A DNA stretch of 64,000 nt from an uncultured Planctomycetia bacterium (GTDB lineage Bacteria > Omnitrophota > Gorgyraeia > 2-01-FULL-45-10): the NCBI GenBank assembly GCA_964352425.1, contig CAYGRZ010000002.1, positions 18,240 to 82,239 of the forward strand, in the 5' to 3' direction. The notes under the pieces are model-generated. The model did no database searches, was not told the origin of the DNA, and was given only the letters and a program-made list of their open reading frames with translations. How positions within the stretch are numbered: position 1 is the stretch's first letter; each line of letters opens with the position of its first letter. The position numbers were made by a program, and so were the translations under genes. Positions 20,188 to 30,504 of the stretch are shown piece after piece.

Positions 20188-21551
20188 AAAAACCGCATTT
20201 AAGCATCTGGCAGATATGGAACATGAGTTTCGGGTTTTTCGGCATCCAGTTCGGCTGGGGACTGCAGATGGCGAACATGTCCGCCATCTATGAATTCCTG
20301 GGGGCGAAGTCCGATCAGATACCTATCCTGTGGCTTGCCGCGCCGCTTACGGGGCTTCTCGTCCAGCCGATCGTCGGCCACATGAGCGACCGGACGTGGT
20401 GCGCTCTCGGCCGCAGGAGGCCGTTCTTCCTCACCGGCGCGATATTCGCTTCGCTGGCGCTTCTCCTGATGCCGCACTCCCCGAGCGTGCTGATAGCCGC
20501 GTTCCTCTTGTGGGTGCTCGACTTCTCGGTCAACATAAGCATGGAGCCGTTCCGCGCGTTCGTCGGGGACATGCTTCCCGATGAGCAGCGCGCCCAGGGG
20601 TTCGCGATGCAGAGCCTCCTCATCGGCTTCGGCGCGGTCCTTGCTTCGTCGCTGCCATGGATGATGACGAACTGGTGTGGAGTGTCTTCCGCGCCTCTTG
20701 CAAAAGAGGCGGTCGATACGGTCCGCGAGACGCTCACTGTCACGCTCTCAAGCCTGACCGGCAATGCCGCTATCCCCGCGACCGTGCGCTATTCATTCGC
20801 CGTCGGGGCGGCCGTCTTCTTCTGCGCGGTCCTCTGGACCATCTTCTCGACCAAGGAATATCCGCCCGAGGACATGGAGGCGTTCCGTACAATGAAGGCG
20901 AAGTCTGCCGGGTTTGGCGCCCACGTGAAAGAGCTTGGCCGGGCGTTCGCCGAAATGCCGCGGACGATGAAGCAGCTGGCGTGGGTGCAGCTTTTCACGT
21001 GGTTCGGGCTCTTCTGCATGTGGATATATTTCTCGGTAGCCGTCGCCCATTACATATTCGGCGCCTCGGACCACACGTCAAAGCTTTTCTCTGACGGTAT
21101 CCAATGGGGAGGTATCTGCTTCTCCGTCTATAACGGGGTCTGTTTCGCCTTCTCATTCATATTGATATGGCTTTCGCGCCGGGTGAGCCCAAAAATGATC
21201 CACCTTGTCTGCCTGCTTTGCGGAGGCCTGGGGCTCCTGTCGATCAGCTTCATACACGATAAACAGCTCCTGCTCCTGCCGATGATAGGCGTCGGCGTGG
21301 CGTGGGCGAGTATCGTCTCGATGCCGTACGCGATGCTCTCGGGCGCGCTCCCCTCCGATAAGATGGGTGTCTACATGGGGATATTCAATTTCTTTATCGT
21401 GATACCGCAGATCGCAGCGTCGCTCGGCCTCGGATGGGTGATGAGGAGTTTTCTGCATGACAATTCGATGCTCGCTGTCATGATGGGGGGTGCCAGCATG
21501 ATCATCGCCGCGCTCCTGGTCCCGCGCGTCGAAGTGAAAGAGACAGCGTGA
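20184..21551 (+). CDS. MFS sugar transporter (maltose/sucrose SLC45-like)
   Basis: WNMSFGFFGIQFGWGLQ, SDRTW..LGRRRPF, MEPFRAFVGD, GVYMGIFNFFIVIPQ. Confidence 0.92.
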   Translation: MKKPHLSIWQIWNMSFGFFGIQFGWGLQMANMSAIYEFLGAKSDQIPILWLAAPLTGLLVQPIVGHMSDRTWCALGRRRPFFLTGAIFASLALLLMPHSPSVLIAAFLLWVLDFSVNISMEPFRAFVGDMLPDEQRAQGFAMQSLLIGFGAVLASSLPWMMTNWCGVSSAPLAKEAVDTVRETLTVTLSSLTGNAAIPATVRYSFAVGAAVFFCAVLWTIFSTKEYPPEDMEAFRTMKAKSAGFGAHVKELGRAFAEMPRTMKQLAWVQLFTWFGLFCMWIYFSVAVAHYIFGASDHTSKLFSDGIQWGGICFSVYNGVCFAFSFILIWLSRRVSPKMIHLVCLLCGGLGLLSISFIHDKQLLLLPMIGVGVAWASIVSMPYAMLSGALPSDKMGVYMGIFNFFIVIPQIAASLGLGWVMRSFLHDNSMLAVMMGGASMIIAALLVPRVEVKETA

Positions 21552-21558
21552 CATTTCT

Positions 21559-24306
21559 ATGAAGATACAGTTCGATATCAATTATCCTACCCAGTGGGGC
21601 CAGGAGCTGTGCGTGGCCGGCTCGTCCGCCGAGCTTGGAGAGTGGAGCCCCGACAGGTTCGTCGCGATGACGTACCATGACGGCGACGAATGGAAGGCAG
21701 AGATAGACCTTGCCGACTCGAGCGCCGCGTTCGAATACAAGTATGTGCTGAAAGACGCAAACTCCGGCCTCGTCTGGGAATGGGGCGCCAACCGCAGCGT
21801 CTCGATCGACGACAGGAAGGCGGTGACGTTGCGCGACACGTGGCGGTCGGCGGCCGACCAGGATAGCCTCTTCCTCGCCTCGGCATTCACCGCCGCAATA
21901 TTCAACAGGCCGAAGAAGAAGGCGCCCGCGCCCGATCCGAATGCGACGGTCCGCATCCAGGTCAGGGCCGCGCGCATCGAGCCCGGCCACGCGCTCTCGG
22001 TCACCGGCAGCATCCCCGCCCTCGGGAAGTGGTCTCAAACCAAGGCGGCCCCGATGGACCCGGCGGACTTTCCTCTCTGGACGCTCGACCTGCCTCTGGC
22101 CGAGGCAGACATACCGTTCGATTACAAGTACGTCATCAAGGATAAAAAAGGCGCCGTCGTATATGAAGAACACCGTTCCAGGAATTTCGGCGGAGGCACA
22201 TATACACATAGGAGAAAGGCGCACGCTCCGCGGCAGCGCGCGCCGAAGAGCGATGCGGCGGATATGTTTTCCATTATCACCGACGACGCCGTACGCTATA
22301 AGGACAACTGGCGCGGCGCCGGTATCGCTATTCCCGTATTTTCCCTTCGCACGAAAAAAAGCCTCGGGGTCGGCGAATTTCTCGACCTCAAACTCCTGGC
22401 CGACTGGGCGTCGGACTGCGGCTGCAGGCTCATACAGCTCTTGCCCGTGAACGACACCTCGGCTACGATGACGTGGTGGGATTCATACCCGTACGCGAAC
22501 ATCTCCGTCTTCGCGCTCCATCCGCTCTACCTGAATCTCGAGGCTATCGGGACGCTGCCTGAGGCAGAAGCCAAAGAGCTCGAGGCGCAGAAGAAGGTGC
22601 TGAACGCCCACGACCATGTCCATTATGAAGAGGTGATGGCCCTTAAATATCGCCTGGCGCGCGCGCTCTTCCAGGCGGCGAAGGCGAAATTCCTGGCGTC
22701 CGCGGAGTTTGAAATGTTCTTTGAAGAGAACGCTTTCTGGCTGCAGCCGTACGCCGCGTTCTCGGCCCTGCGCGACGCATATACGACGAGCGACTTCTCG
22801 AAGTGGGAGCGCTATGCGCGAGTCACCGAGGCCGATGTCCACAGCATCACCGCGGCCGGTTCGGCACACTACGACAGCGTCGCGTTCTATTATTTCCTGC
22901 AATACCATCTCCACGTCCAGCTCCTCGAGGCAGCCGCGTACGCCGCCTCGAGGAGGATCGCCCTGAAAGGCGATATTCCGATAGGCATCCACAAGCGCTC
23001 CGATTCCTGCTGGCTCCAGCCGGAGCTCTTCAATATGGACGCCGCAGCGGGCGCGCCGCCCGACCCGTTCTCGGAGGCGGGGCAGAACTGGGGATTTCCG
23101 ACGTACAATTGGGACGCGATGGCCGAGGACGGCTACTGGTGGTGGCGCAGGCGCCTCCGGAAGATGTCGGAGTATTTCGGCATGATCAGGCTCGACCACG
23201 TCCTCGGGTTCTTCCGGATATGGGAGATACCCGACGACATGCTCTCCGGCCTCATGGGCCGGTTCAACCCGGCGATACCGATCTCACAGGAGGAGCTCGA
23301 GCGCGAGGGTATCCGGGACTTTAACCGGATGATCGAGCCGTACATACCGCGGTGGCTGGCCAGGATCATCTTCGGCCAGGAGACGAATAGCATCCTCGCG
23401 CTTTACATGGAGGAGGCCTCGCCCGGAATCTATCGCCTGAAGAGCGGCTTCAATACCCAGGCAAAGGTCGAGAAAAATATCACCGCTGCCGCCGACGCGC
23501 CGCAGGAGGCGAAACAAAAGCTCGAGATCATCAAGCGGGGGCTTTCATACCTGATATCGAACGTTATCCTTTTCAGGGACTCCGAGCAGGCCGGCTTCCA
23601 CCCGCGCATCAACTGCATGGATACCCCTTCTTTCGACTGCCTCGATACATGGATGAAGGAGAAGCTCATATATCTCTATAACGATTATTTTTACCGCCGG
23701 CAGGACGGTTTCTGGCGCGGCCAGGCTATGACGAAACTGCCCGTCCTCAAATCCGCGTCCGACATGCTCATCTGCGGAGAGGACCTCGGCATGATACCCG
23801 AGTGCGTCGCGCCGGTCATGGAAGAGCTCTGCATTCTCGGCCTGCGTATCCAGCGGATGCCTAAAGACCCCGGCGCCGAGTTCGGAAAGCCCGCCTCTTA
23901 CCCGTACATGACCGTTTGCACGACTTCCAGCCATGATATGTCGACCATCCGCGGCTGGTGGGGCGAGGACTATGCCAGGGCCCAGCGGTACTGGAAGACG
24001 ATACTGAAGAAGAAAGGCGACGCGCCGTCTGCGTGCGAGAGCGCCGTCGCCGAAGAGATAGTGGGACAGCATCTCGATTCTGGGTCGATGTGGGCGATAT
24101 TCCCGGTCCAGGATATTCTCGCTATGAGCGAAGAGCTGCGCCGGCCTGGTGACCCGCGCGAGGAACAGATCAACGATCCGGCGAACCCGCACCATTACTG
24201 GAAATTCCGTCTGCATATCCAGTTGGAGAAGCTGGTCGCAGATAAAGATTTCAGCGGCAAGGTCATGAAGATGGTGGCCGATTCGGGCCGGTATACTACA
24301 TACTAA
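21559..24306 (+). CDS. malQ: 4-alpha-glucanotransferase (GH77, DPE2-type with two CBM20 domains)
   Basis: Two CBM20-like repeats (GSSAELGEW, GSIPALGKW); QLLPVND, KGDIPIG, GAPPD, RLDHVLGFFRIW, GEDLG, SSHD. Confidence 0.92.
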   Translation: MKIQFDINYPTQWGQELCVAGSSAELGEWSPDRFVAMTYHDGDEWKAEIDLADSSAAFEYKYVLKDANSGLVWEWGANRSVSIDDRKAVTLRDTWRSAADQDSLFLASAFTAAIFNRPKKKAPAPDPNATVRIQVRAARIEPGHALSVTGSIPALGKWSQTKAAPMDPADFPLWTLDLPLAEADIPFDYKYVIKDKKGAVVYEEHRSRNFGGGTYTHRRKAHAPRQRAPKSDAADMFSIITDDAVRYKDNWRGAGIAIPVFSLRTKKSLGVGEFLDLKLLADWASDCGCRLIQLLPVNDTSATMTWWDSYPYANISVFALHPLYLNLEAIGTLPEAEAKELEAQKKVLNAHDHVHYEEVMALKYRLARALFQAAKAKFLASAEFEMFFEENAFWLQPYAAFSALRDAYTTSDFSKWERYARVTEADVHSITAAGSAHYDSVAFYYFLQYHLHVQLLEAAAYAASRRIALKGDIPIGIHKRSDSCWLQPELFNMDAAAGAPPDPFSEAGQNWGFPTYNWDAMAEDGYWWWRRRLRKMSEYFGMIRLDHVLGFFRIWEIPDDMLSGLMGRFNPAIPISQEELEREGIRDFNRMIEPYIPRWLARIIFGQETNSILALYMEEASPGIYRLKSGFNTQAKVEKNITAAADAPQEAKQKLEIIKRGLSYLISNVILFRDSEQAGFHPRINCMDTPSFDCLDTWMKEKLIYLYNDYFYRRQDGFWRGQAMTKLPVLKSASDMLICGEDLGMIPECVAPVMEELCILGLRIQRMPKDPGAEFGKPASYPYMTVCTTSSHDMSTIRGWWGEDYARAQRYWKTILKKKGDAPSACESAVAEEIVGQHLDSGSMWAIFPVQDILAMSEELRRPGDPREEQINDPANPHHYWKFRLHIQLEKLVADKDFSGKVMKMVADSGRYTTY

Positions 24307-24318
24307 ACGGGGGGAAAG

Positions 24319-25884
24319 ATGAAAAGAAAAGCCTTTGTGGCTGTGGTGTGTGCGTGTGCTGCCTTGCTTTCAGGCAGTCCGGTTTTCGCGCAAAGCGCGC
24401 CGGAGGGCGATGTCGCGGCGATGAAGAAAGAGATCGAAACACTGAAGAACCGCATGGTGGCGCTCGAAAAGATCATCGTCAAGCAGCGGATCATCCCGGA
24501 AGAAGAGGCGAAAGAGCGCTATCCGGCCCTCCAGGAAGAGGTGGCCGGCCAGGCCGAGCACGTAACAGCACCCGAAGCCGAGAAGATATCGGCGCAGACG
24601 ACCGTCGATCTGCTGAAGAAATACAGCACTCAGGTCGCCGAGGAATCGAAGAACATCCTCTTCAAGCAGCCCGACTACCTGCCCAACTATATTACGAGAG
24701 GCCTCGAATTCCACGGGTATTTCCGCTCCGGCTATGGCGTCAACTCCAAGGGCGGACATATGCAGGCGTTCCAGGCTCCCGACGCGCTGGCCAAGTACAG
24801 GCTGGGCAATGAACAGGAGACATATATAGAGACCGTCTTCCTGAACCGGAACTGGAACCCCGACCCGCAGGGCGTGACGCTCGAGACGCAGATCCGCGTC
24901 GCGTACCAGACGCAGCAGAACCAGACATGGGACCTCACCAACCAGGTCGTCCTGCGCGAGATGTACGCCAGGATGGGCCAGTTCCTCGATTGGGACAAAG
25001 ACGTAAAGGTATGGGCGGGCCAGCGGTTTTGCAGGCTGCCCGAACTCGATATTATCGACTTCTGGTGGTATGACATGTCCGGCTATGGCGGCGGGTTCGA
25101 GGATATCAATTGCGGGATCGGCAAACTCGATATCACATTTATCGGCTACGCCAACAATGACATTACCCTCTCGACGAACCGCGGCCGGCTCTCGAAGGAA
25201 AATCTCAATATCAAGCTGAACGATGTCGATGTGCCGTTCGGCAAGGGCATGTTCTGGGCCAACGGCGGCTTCATCAAAGGCGGTACGTGGACCGAGGACA
25301 CGACGATCAAGTATCCCGACATGGGCGGCGTCGATATCGGTTTCATGCACTATATGCCGGGCGAACTCAATAACAACCAGTTCGGCGCCCAGTTCGGCTG
25401 CGGGGCATGCACATCGCTCTCGGCAGGCGGCAATATCCCGACGGAAAGCGACGACCGGAATTCCTGGAGGGTGCGTATCACCGATATGTGGAACCGCCAG
25501 ATCACGGAGAAGCTGAGCGTGCAGGCCGTCGGCGTCTATCAGTATACCTATGACGGCGAAGCGACGAAGAACAACGAGACTTGGGTAAGCGTCGGCTTCA
25601 GGCCCATCTATATGCTTACGAAGCATTTTGGCGTTGAAGTCGAACCGGGAATGGATTATATTAATAATCCGAGGGATGATTACGATACATGCCTGTTCAA
25701 GCTGACGGGCGGCATACGCATTACGCCGGGCACGATATTCAATTCGAGGCCTGCGTTCAGGTTCTTCGCGACATACGCGCGCTGGGGCGACGGTTTCAAG
25801 GGCAATACGCTTCTTGGCGGCGATGCATTCGTGTCCCAGCGGGAAGGTATGAACTACGGTATCCAGTGCGAGAACTGGTGGTAA
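24319..25884 (+). CDS. Carbohydrate porin, LamB family
   Basis: Signal peptide and coiled coil; EFHGYFRSG, YRLGNEQETY, WAGQRF, SRPAFRFFATY; C-terminal ENWW. Confidence 0.9.
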   Translation: MKRKAFVAVVCACAALLSGSPVFAQSAPEGDVAAMKKEIETLKNRMVALEKIIVKQRIIPEEEAKERYPALQEEVAGQAEHVTAPEAEKISAQTTVDLLKKYSTQVAEESKNILFKQPDYLPNYITRGLEFHGYFRSGYGVNSKGGHMQAFQAPDALAKYRLGNEQETYIETVFLNRNWNPDPQGVTLETQIRVAYQTQQNQTWDLTNQVVLREMYARMGQFLDWDKDVKVWAGQRFCRLPELDIIDFWWYDMSGYGGGFEDINCGIGKLDITFIGYANNDITLSTNRGRLSKENLNIKLNDVDVPFGKGMFWANGGFIKGGTWTEDTTIKYPDMGGVDIGFMHYMPGELNNNQFGAQFGCGACTSLSAGGNIPTESDDRNSWRVRITDMWNRQITEKLSVQAVGVYQYTYDGEATKNNETWVSVGFRPIYMLTKHFGVEVEPGMDYINNPRDDYDTCLFKLTGGIRITPGTIFNSRPAFRFFATYARWGDGFKGNTLLGGDAFVSQREGMNYGIQCENWW

Positions 25885-25885
25885 C

Positions 25886-25931
25886 GGGACTGTCCCCGGC
25901 TATGTGTCTTCTTGGAAGTGGGGACTGTCCC
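25886..25931. repeat. Pair of GGGACTGTCCC REP-like motifs
   Basis: Copies at 25886-25896 and 25921-25931. Confidence 0.65.
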
Positions 25932-25962
25932 TATGTTAGTAATATAAGATAGGGGGTAGTCT

Positions 25963-26988
25963 ATGAAGAAGTACTTGATCGGTTTTGCAGCGTTTCTGGC
26001 CGCGATAGCGATCGCAATGCCGGTGTATGCTGCTCCGGCGAAGGCGAAGCCCGGCAAGAAGATAAAGATCGGCGTGAGCCTCCCGACGCAGCGCGACGAG
26101 CGCTGGGTGCGCGACGCGCAGAAGATGAAGGACGTTGCCAAAGAAGAGGGCGTCGACCTGCGCATGCAGATATGCGATAACGACGCGTCAAAGCAGATGT
26201 CGCAATGCGAGAACCTGCTCGCCCAGGGCATCGATATCCTCGTTTTGGCCCCGCATGACGCAACGAGTGCCGCGGCGATCGTCGACAACGCCAGGGCCGC
26301 CGGCCTTGAAGTAATCTCGTACGACCGGCTCGTCCTCGACGCCGATGTTGACCTCTACGTTTCGTATGATAATTTCGAAGTGGGCCGCCTGATGGGCGAA
26401 TATCTCGTCAACAAGGTCCCCAAGGGCAGTTACGCCGTCTTTGCCGGCGCGCCGACCGATAATAATGCCAAACTTTACCGCGACGGTGCTCTTTCAATGA
26501 TAAAGCCGTTGGCAGACAAAGGCGACATCAAGATCGTGATGGACCAGTGGATAACCGACTGGCAGCCGACGATCGCGATGAACCTGATGCAGAACGCGCT
26601 CACCGCCAATAAGAACAAGATCGACGCGGTTGTGGCACCCAACGACAATACCGCGGGCGGCATTATACAGGCGCTCTCCGGCGTCGGCCTGGCAGGCAAG
26701 GTCCCGGTCACGGGCCAGGACGCCGAGGACACGGCAGCCCAGCGCATCATCCAGGGCACGCAGGCGATGACCGTCTTCAAGGACACCAAGCAGCAGGCCG
26801 CCGACGCGATACATGCGGCGATAAAGATGGTGGGCGGCCAGGACCCCGGCGCCACGTCCAAAGTCAATAACCGCAAGAAAGACGTCCCGTCGATACTCCT
26901 GAAGCCGGTCGTGGTGGACCGCTCCAATATCGACGACGTGCTCATCAAGAGCGGGTATATAACGCGGGAAGAAGCGTACAAGAAATAG
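25963..26988 (+). CDS. xylF: Monosaccharide ABC substrate-binding protein, XylF-like
   Basis: ERWVRD, SYDRL, GAPTDNNA, APND, TGQDA, MTVFKD. Confidence 0.8.
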   Translation: MKKYLIGFAAFLAAIAIAMPVYAAPAKAKPGKKIKIGVSLPTQRDERWVRDAQKMKDVAKEEGVDLRMQICDNDASKQMSQCENLLAQGIDILVLAPHDATSAAAIVDNARAAGLEVISYDRLVLDADVDLYVSYDNFEVGRLMGEYLVNKVPKGSYAVFAGAPTDNNAKLYRDGALSMIKPLADKGDIKIVMDQWITDWQPTIAMNLMQNALTANKNKIDAVVAPNDNTAGGIIQALSGVGLAGKVPVTGQDAEDTAAQRIIQGTQAMTVFKDTKQQAADAIHAAIKMVGGQDPGATSKVNNRKKDVPSILLKPVVVDRSNIDDVLIKSGYITREEAYKK

Positions 26989-27003
26989 AGAACGACCGGT
27001 TTT

Positions 27004-27029
27004 GACCTACGAGGTCGACCTCGTAGGTC
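27004..27029. repeat. Perfect 26-bp palindrome (REP-like)
   Basis: GACCTACGAGGTCGACCTCGTAGGTC between the binding-protein and ATPase genes. Confidence 0.8.
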
Positions 27030-27049
27030 GATTCGGTTAAAGGAACGCT

Positions 27050-28561
27050 ATGAGCGGCTATATGCTCGAGATGAAGGCCATCTCGAAAGACTTCCCCGGC
27101 GTCAAGGCGCTCGACGATGTCACGTTCAGCGTGAAGAAGGGCGAGATCCACGCGCTCGTCGGCGAGAACGGCGCGGGCAAATCGACGCTGATGAAGATCT
27201 TAAGCGGCGTCTATCCGGCAGGCGATTATGACGGCGATATCGTCATCGACGGTGCCACGAAACGCTTCAAGGATACCGGGGAATCCGAGCGCGCAGGCAT
27301 AGCCATCATCTACCAGGAGCTTGCCCTCGTAAAACAGCTCTCGATAGCCGAGAATATCTGCCTGGGCGGCGAGATCTCCAGAGGCGGCGTCATCGACTGG
27401 AACGCCTCCTACAAAAAAGCAGAAAGTGCGCTTAAGGCTGTTGGCCTGACCGTAAATCCGACATTCCCGGTCTCGTATCTCGGCGTGGGCGAGCAGCAGC
27501 TCGTCGCCATCGCCAAGGCCCTTTCGAAGAATGCGCGCATCCTCGTTCTCGACGAGCCGACTGCCGCCCTCTCCGAGGGGGAATCGACGCGGCTCCTGGG
27601 CATCTTGAAAGAGCTTCAGGGCCGCGGTGTGACCTGTATCTATATCTCTCACCGCCTGAAAGAAGTCTTCGAGATCGCGGACCGCATCACGGTCCTGCGC
27701 GACGGCAAGACGATCGCCACGCACGACAGGGCGCGCTTAGACGAGAATAAGCTGATAGCGCTCATGGTCGGGCGCGAGGTAACGAATATCTATCCCCGGA
27801 AAGCGCGCACGGCCGGCGAGGTCGTCCTCGAAGTAAAGAACTGGTCCGTCTACGATCCCGATATCAATAAGACTATCGCCGACGTCAGCTTCAAACTGCG
27901 CAAGGGCGAGATCCTCGGCATGGCCGGCCTCATCGGCGCAGGCCGCACCGAGCTCGTCATGAGCTTTTTCCATTTTTGGGGCCGCAAGGTGTCGGGGCAG
28001 GTATTCCTCGAAGGAAAAGAACTCGACCTCGCAAGTGCCGGCGAAACCATTGCCGCGGGAATAAGCCTCGCCTCCGAGGATCGCAAAAGATACGGCCTGG
28101 TGCTGGACGACGACATCTGCAAGAATATCTCGCTTGCCAGCCTCGAACGCATTTCGAAATTCAGGGTCGTCAATATGATGGAGGAGATCACGGCAGCCGA
28201 GAAGTACACCAGGGATCTCAGGATAAAGACGCCGTCGATCGAGCAGAAGGCCGGCAATCTTTCGGGCGGCAACCAGCAGAAGGTCGTCCTCGGCAAATGG
28301 CTCATGACGATGCCCAAAGTCCTCATCCTCGACGAGCCCACACGCGGCATAGACGTCGGCGCGAAGGTCGAGATATACAATATCATAAATGAACTGGTCG
28401 ACCGCGGCGTCGCGGTCATCGTAATATCGTCCGATCTTGCGGAGATCCTCGGAGTATCGGACCGCATCCTCATCATGCACGAAGGCCGCTTCACCGGAGA
28501 GCTTACCGGTAAAGAGGCCACACAGGAAAAGATAATGCATTACGCCACGGGAGGTACGTGA
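27050..28561 (+). CDS. xylG: Monosaccharide ABC ATPase (tandem NBD), XylG-like
   Basis: GENGAGKSTLMKILSGVYP, LSGGNQQK, DEPTRGIDVGAK. Confidence 0.82.
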   Translation: MSGYMLEMKAISKDFPGVKALDDVTFSVKKGEIHALVGENGAGKSTLMKILSGVYPAGDYDGDIVIDGATKRFKDTGESERAGIAIIYQELALVKQLSIAENICLGGEISRGGVIDWNASYKKAESALKAVGLTVNPTFPVSYLGVGEQQLVAIAKALSKNARILVLDEPTAALSEGESTRLLGILKELQGRGVTCIYISHRLKEVFEIADRITVLRDGKTIATHDRARLDENKLIALMVGREVTNIYPRKARTAGEVVLEVKNWSVYDPDINKTIADVSFKLRKGEILGMAGLIGAGRTELVMSFFHFWGRKVSGQVFLEGKELDLASAGETIAAGISLASEDRKRYGLVLDDDICKNISLASLERISKFRVVNMMEEITAAEKYTRDLRIKTPSIEQKAGNLSGGNQQKVVLGKWLMTMPKVLILDEPTRGIDVGAKVEIYNIINELVDRGVAVIVISSDLAEILGVSDRILIMHEGRFTGELTGKEATQEKIMHYATGGT

Positions 28562-29691
28562 TGAAACAAAGCAGTTTCGTTCAGAATATCAGGCAGTACA
28601 CGATGCTGATCGCTCTTGTCGGGATATGGCTCATATTCTCGATACTGACGCAGGGCGTCTTCATATCTCCCCGCAATCTTTCGAACCTCTTCCTGCAGAC
28701 GGCGGCGGTAGCGGTCATCACCATAGGGATGACGCTCGTCATCGTGACGCGCAATATAGACCTCTCCGTCGGATCCGTCGCCGCATTCACCGGCGCGATC
28801 GCCGCCTTTATAAACGTCAAGATGGGATTGCCGGCCCATACCGCGCTCTTCCTGGCGTGCGGCGCCGGGCTTCTCATCGGCGTCTGGCACGGGTTCTGGA
28901 TCGCCTACCGGATGGTACCCGCGTTTATCGTCACACTCGCAAGCATGATGATATTCCGCGGAGCGGTCCTCGGCATTACGCAGGGCGCGACTATCGCGCC
29001 GCTTTCGCCGGGCTTCAAGGGCTTAGGCCAGAACTACATCGCGCCCCATATAAGCGTATGGATCGGCGTCGCCGCGATCTCGCTCTACATAATCCTCGGA
29101 TTTTACAAAAGATTCAAACGAGCGAAGTTCGGCTTCACGGTCAGCCCTTTCATTAAAGAAGCGGCAAAGATGATCCTCGTCTCCGCGGCCATGGCGGCAT
29201 TCTTTTTCATCCTCGTCAAGAACAGGGGAGTGCCCTACTCGGTATTCCTGGTCCTCCTCCTGGCGGTTGCGTTCAATTTCATGTCGCGCCAGACGGTCTT
29301 CGGCCGCCAGCTCTACGCCATCGGCGGTAATCCCGATGCGGCGTCGCTGTCCGGCATCAATATCCAGCGGCGCGTCATGATGCTCTACGCCCTCTTCGGC
29401 GTCCTCACCGCGGTCGGCGGGCTCGTCCTCACGGCGCGCTTGAACGCCGCGACGACATCTGCCGGCCAGGGCATGGAACTCGACGTCATCGCCGCCTCCG
29501 TCATCGGCGGCACATCGCTCATGGGCGGCGAGGGCACGATCTGGGGCTCGGTCATCGGCGCGCTCATCATGGCATCGCTCGACAACGGTATGAGCCTGAT
29601 GGACATGAACATCACGTACCAGTACATCATCAAGGGCATGATCCTGCTCCTCGCGGTCTGGGTCGATATCGCGACGCGCAAGCGCACGTAG
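28558..29691 (+). CDS. xylH: Monosaccharide ABC permease, XylH-like
   Basis: IDLSVGS, PAFIVTL, ELDVIAASVIGGTS. Confidence 0.82.
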   Translation: MMKQSSFVQNIRQYTMLIALVGIWLIFSILTQGVFISPRNLSNLFLQTAAVAVITIGMTLVIVTRNIDLSVGSVAAFTGAIAAFINVKMGLPAHTALFLACGAGLLIGVWHGFWIAYRMVPAFIVTLASMMIFRGAVLGITQGATIAPLSPGFKGLGQNYIAPHISVWIGVAAISLYIILGFYKRFKRAKFGFTVSPFIKEAAKMILVSAAMAAFFFILVKNRGVPYSVFLVLLLAVAFNFMSRQTVFGRQLYAIGGNPDAASLSGINIQRRVMMLYALFGVLTAVGGLVLTARLNAATTSAGQGMELDVIAASVIGGTSLMGGEGTIWGSVIGALIMASLDNGMSLMDMNITYQYIIKGMILLLAVWVDIATRKRT

Positions 29692-29696
29692 CCGCG

Positions 29697-30470
29697 ATGC
29701 CCAAAAAACCAAAAGACAACATCTTCTTCATATTGGCGCTGCTTTTTGGTACGATCGTTCTGGCCTCCGCGTTAACAGCTGCCGGGGCCAACCCGTTTTT
29801 GTTGCTCGGTTCGGCGGCGCTCGTTATTGTCGCGCTGGCCAGGGTATCGAAGGTCGCGCGCAAGGATATCCTCGAGTATCTGAACGGGCCGAAAAGATTT
29901 TGTAAAGGCCGCGGCATCGAGATCGGCAGCGGCGCGAACCGGATGCTGAAGGATTCGCTCCTCGTCGATGTCGTGGACGATTTCTCGAGCGCGCACGCCT
30001 ATGAGGTCGACTACAGGGCCGACGCGCATGATCTGGCCGAGATACCGGACGGCTCGCTCGATTACGTGTGCGCCAGCCACGTGCTTGAACACCTGACCAA
30101 CCCGGTCAAGGCGATCCTCGAATTGCTGAGAGTGCTTAAGGCAGGCGGGACGATCTGGCTCAGGATCCCGGATAAGCGCACAACGTTCGACCGGCCGAGG
30201 CAGAGGACGGCGCTGGGACACCTGATCGAGGACTACAGGAAGAACGTTCCCCCCGACGACCCCACCCATATCGACGATAACAACGCCACTACCGACCCCC
30301 CGCGGCAGCAGGCCCACCCGTATGTCCATAACCACGTCTGGATCCCGGAAGATATAACGGAGCTCTTTGGCTACATCAATGCCGGGCACGTGCCCCTCAG
30401 TGTGGTGCGCTGCGGGGAAAACACCTGCAGGCATGCGCAGGACTTCTGGGTTGTTATAAAGAAGATATAA
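29697..30470 (+). CDS. Membrane-anchored class I SAM methyltransferase
   Basis: Two N-terminal TMs; GIEIGSG, SLDYVCASHVLEH, RVLKAGG. Confidence 0.85.
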   Translation: MPKKPKDNIFFILALLFGTIVLASALTAAGANPFLLLGSAALVIVALARVSKVARKDILEYLNGPKRFCKGRGIEIGSGANRMLKDSLLVDVVDDFSSAHAYEVDYRADAHDLAEIPDGSLDYVCASHVLEHLTNPVKAILELLRVLKAGGTIWLRIPDKRTTFDRPRQRTALGHLIEDYRKNVPPDDPTHIDDNNATTDPPRQQAHPYVHNHVWIPEDITELFGYINAGHVPLSVVRCGENTCRHAQDFWVVIKKI

Positions 30471-30504
30471 TTGTATAATATCATCACCTATATAAGGAAA
30501 ACCG

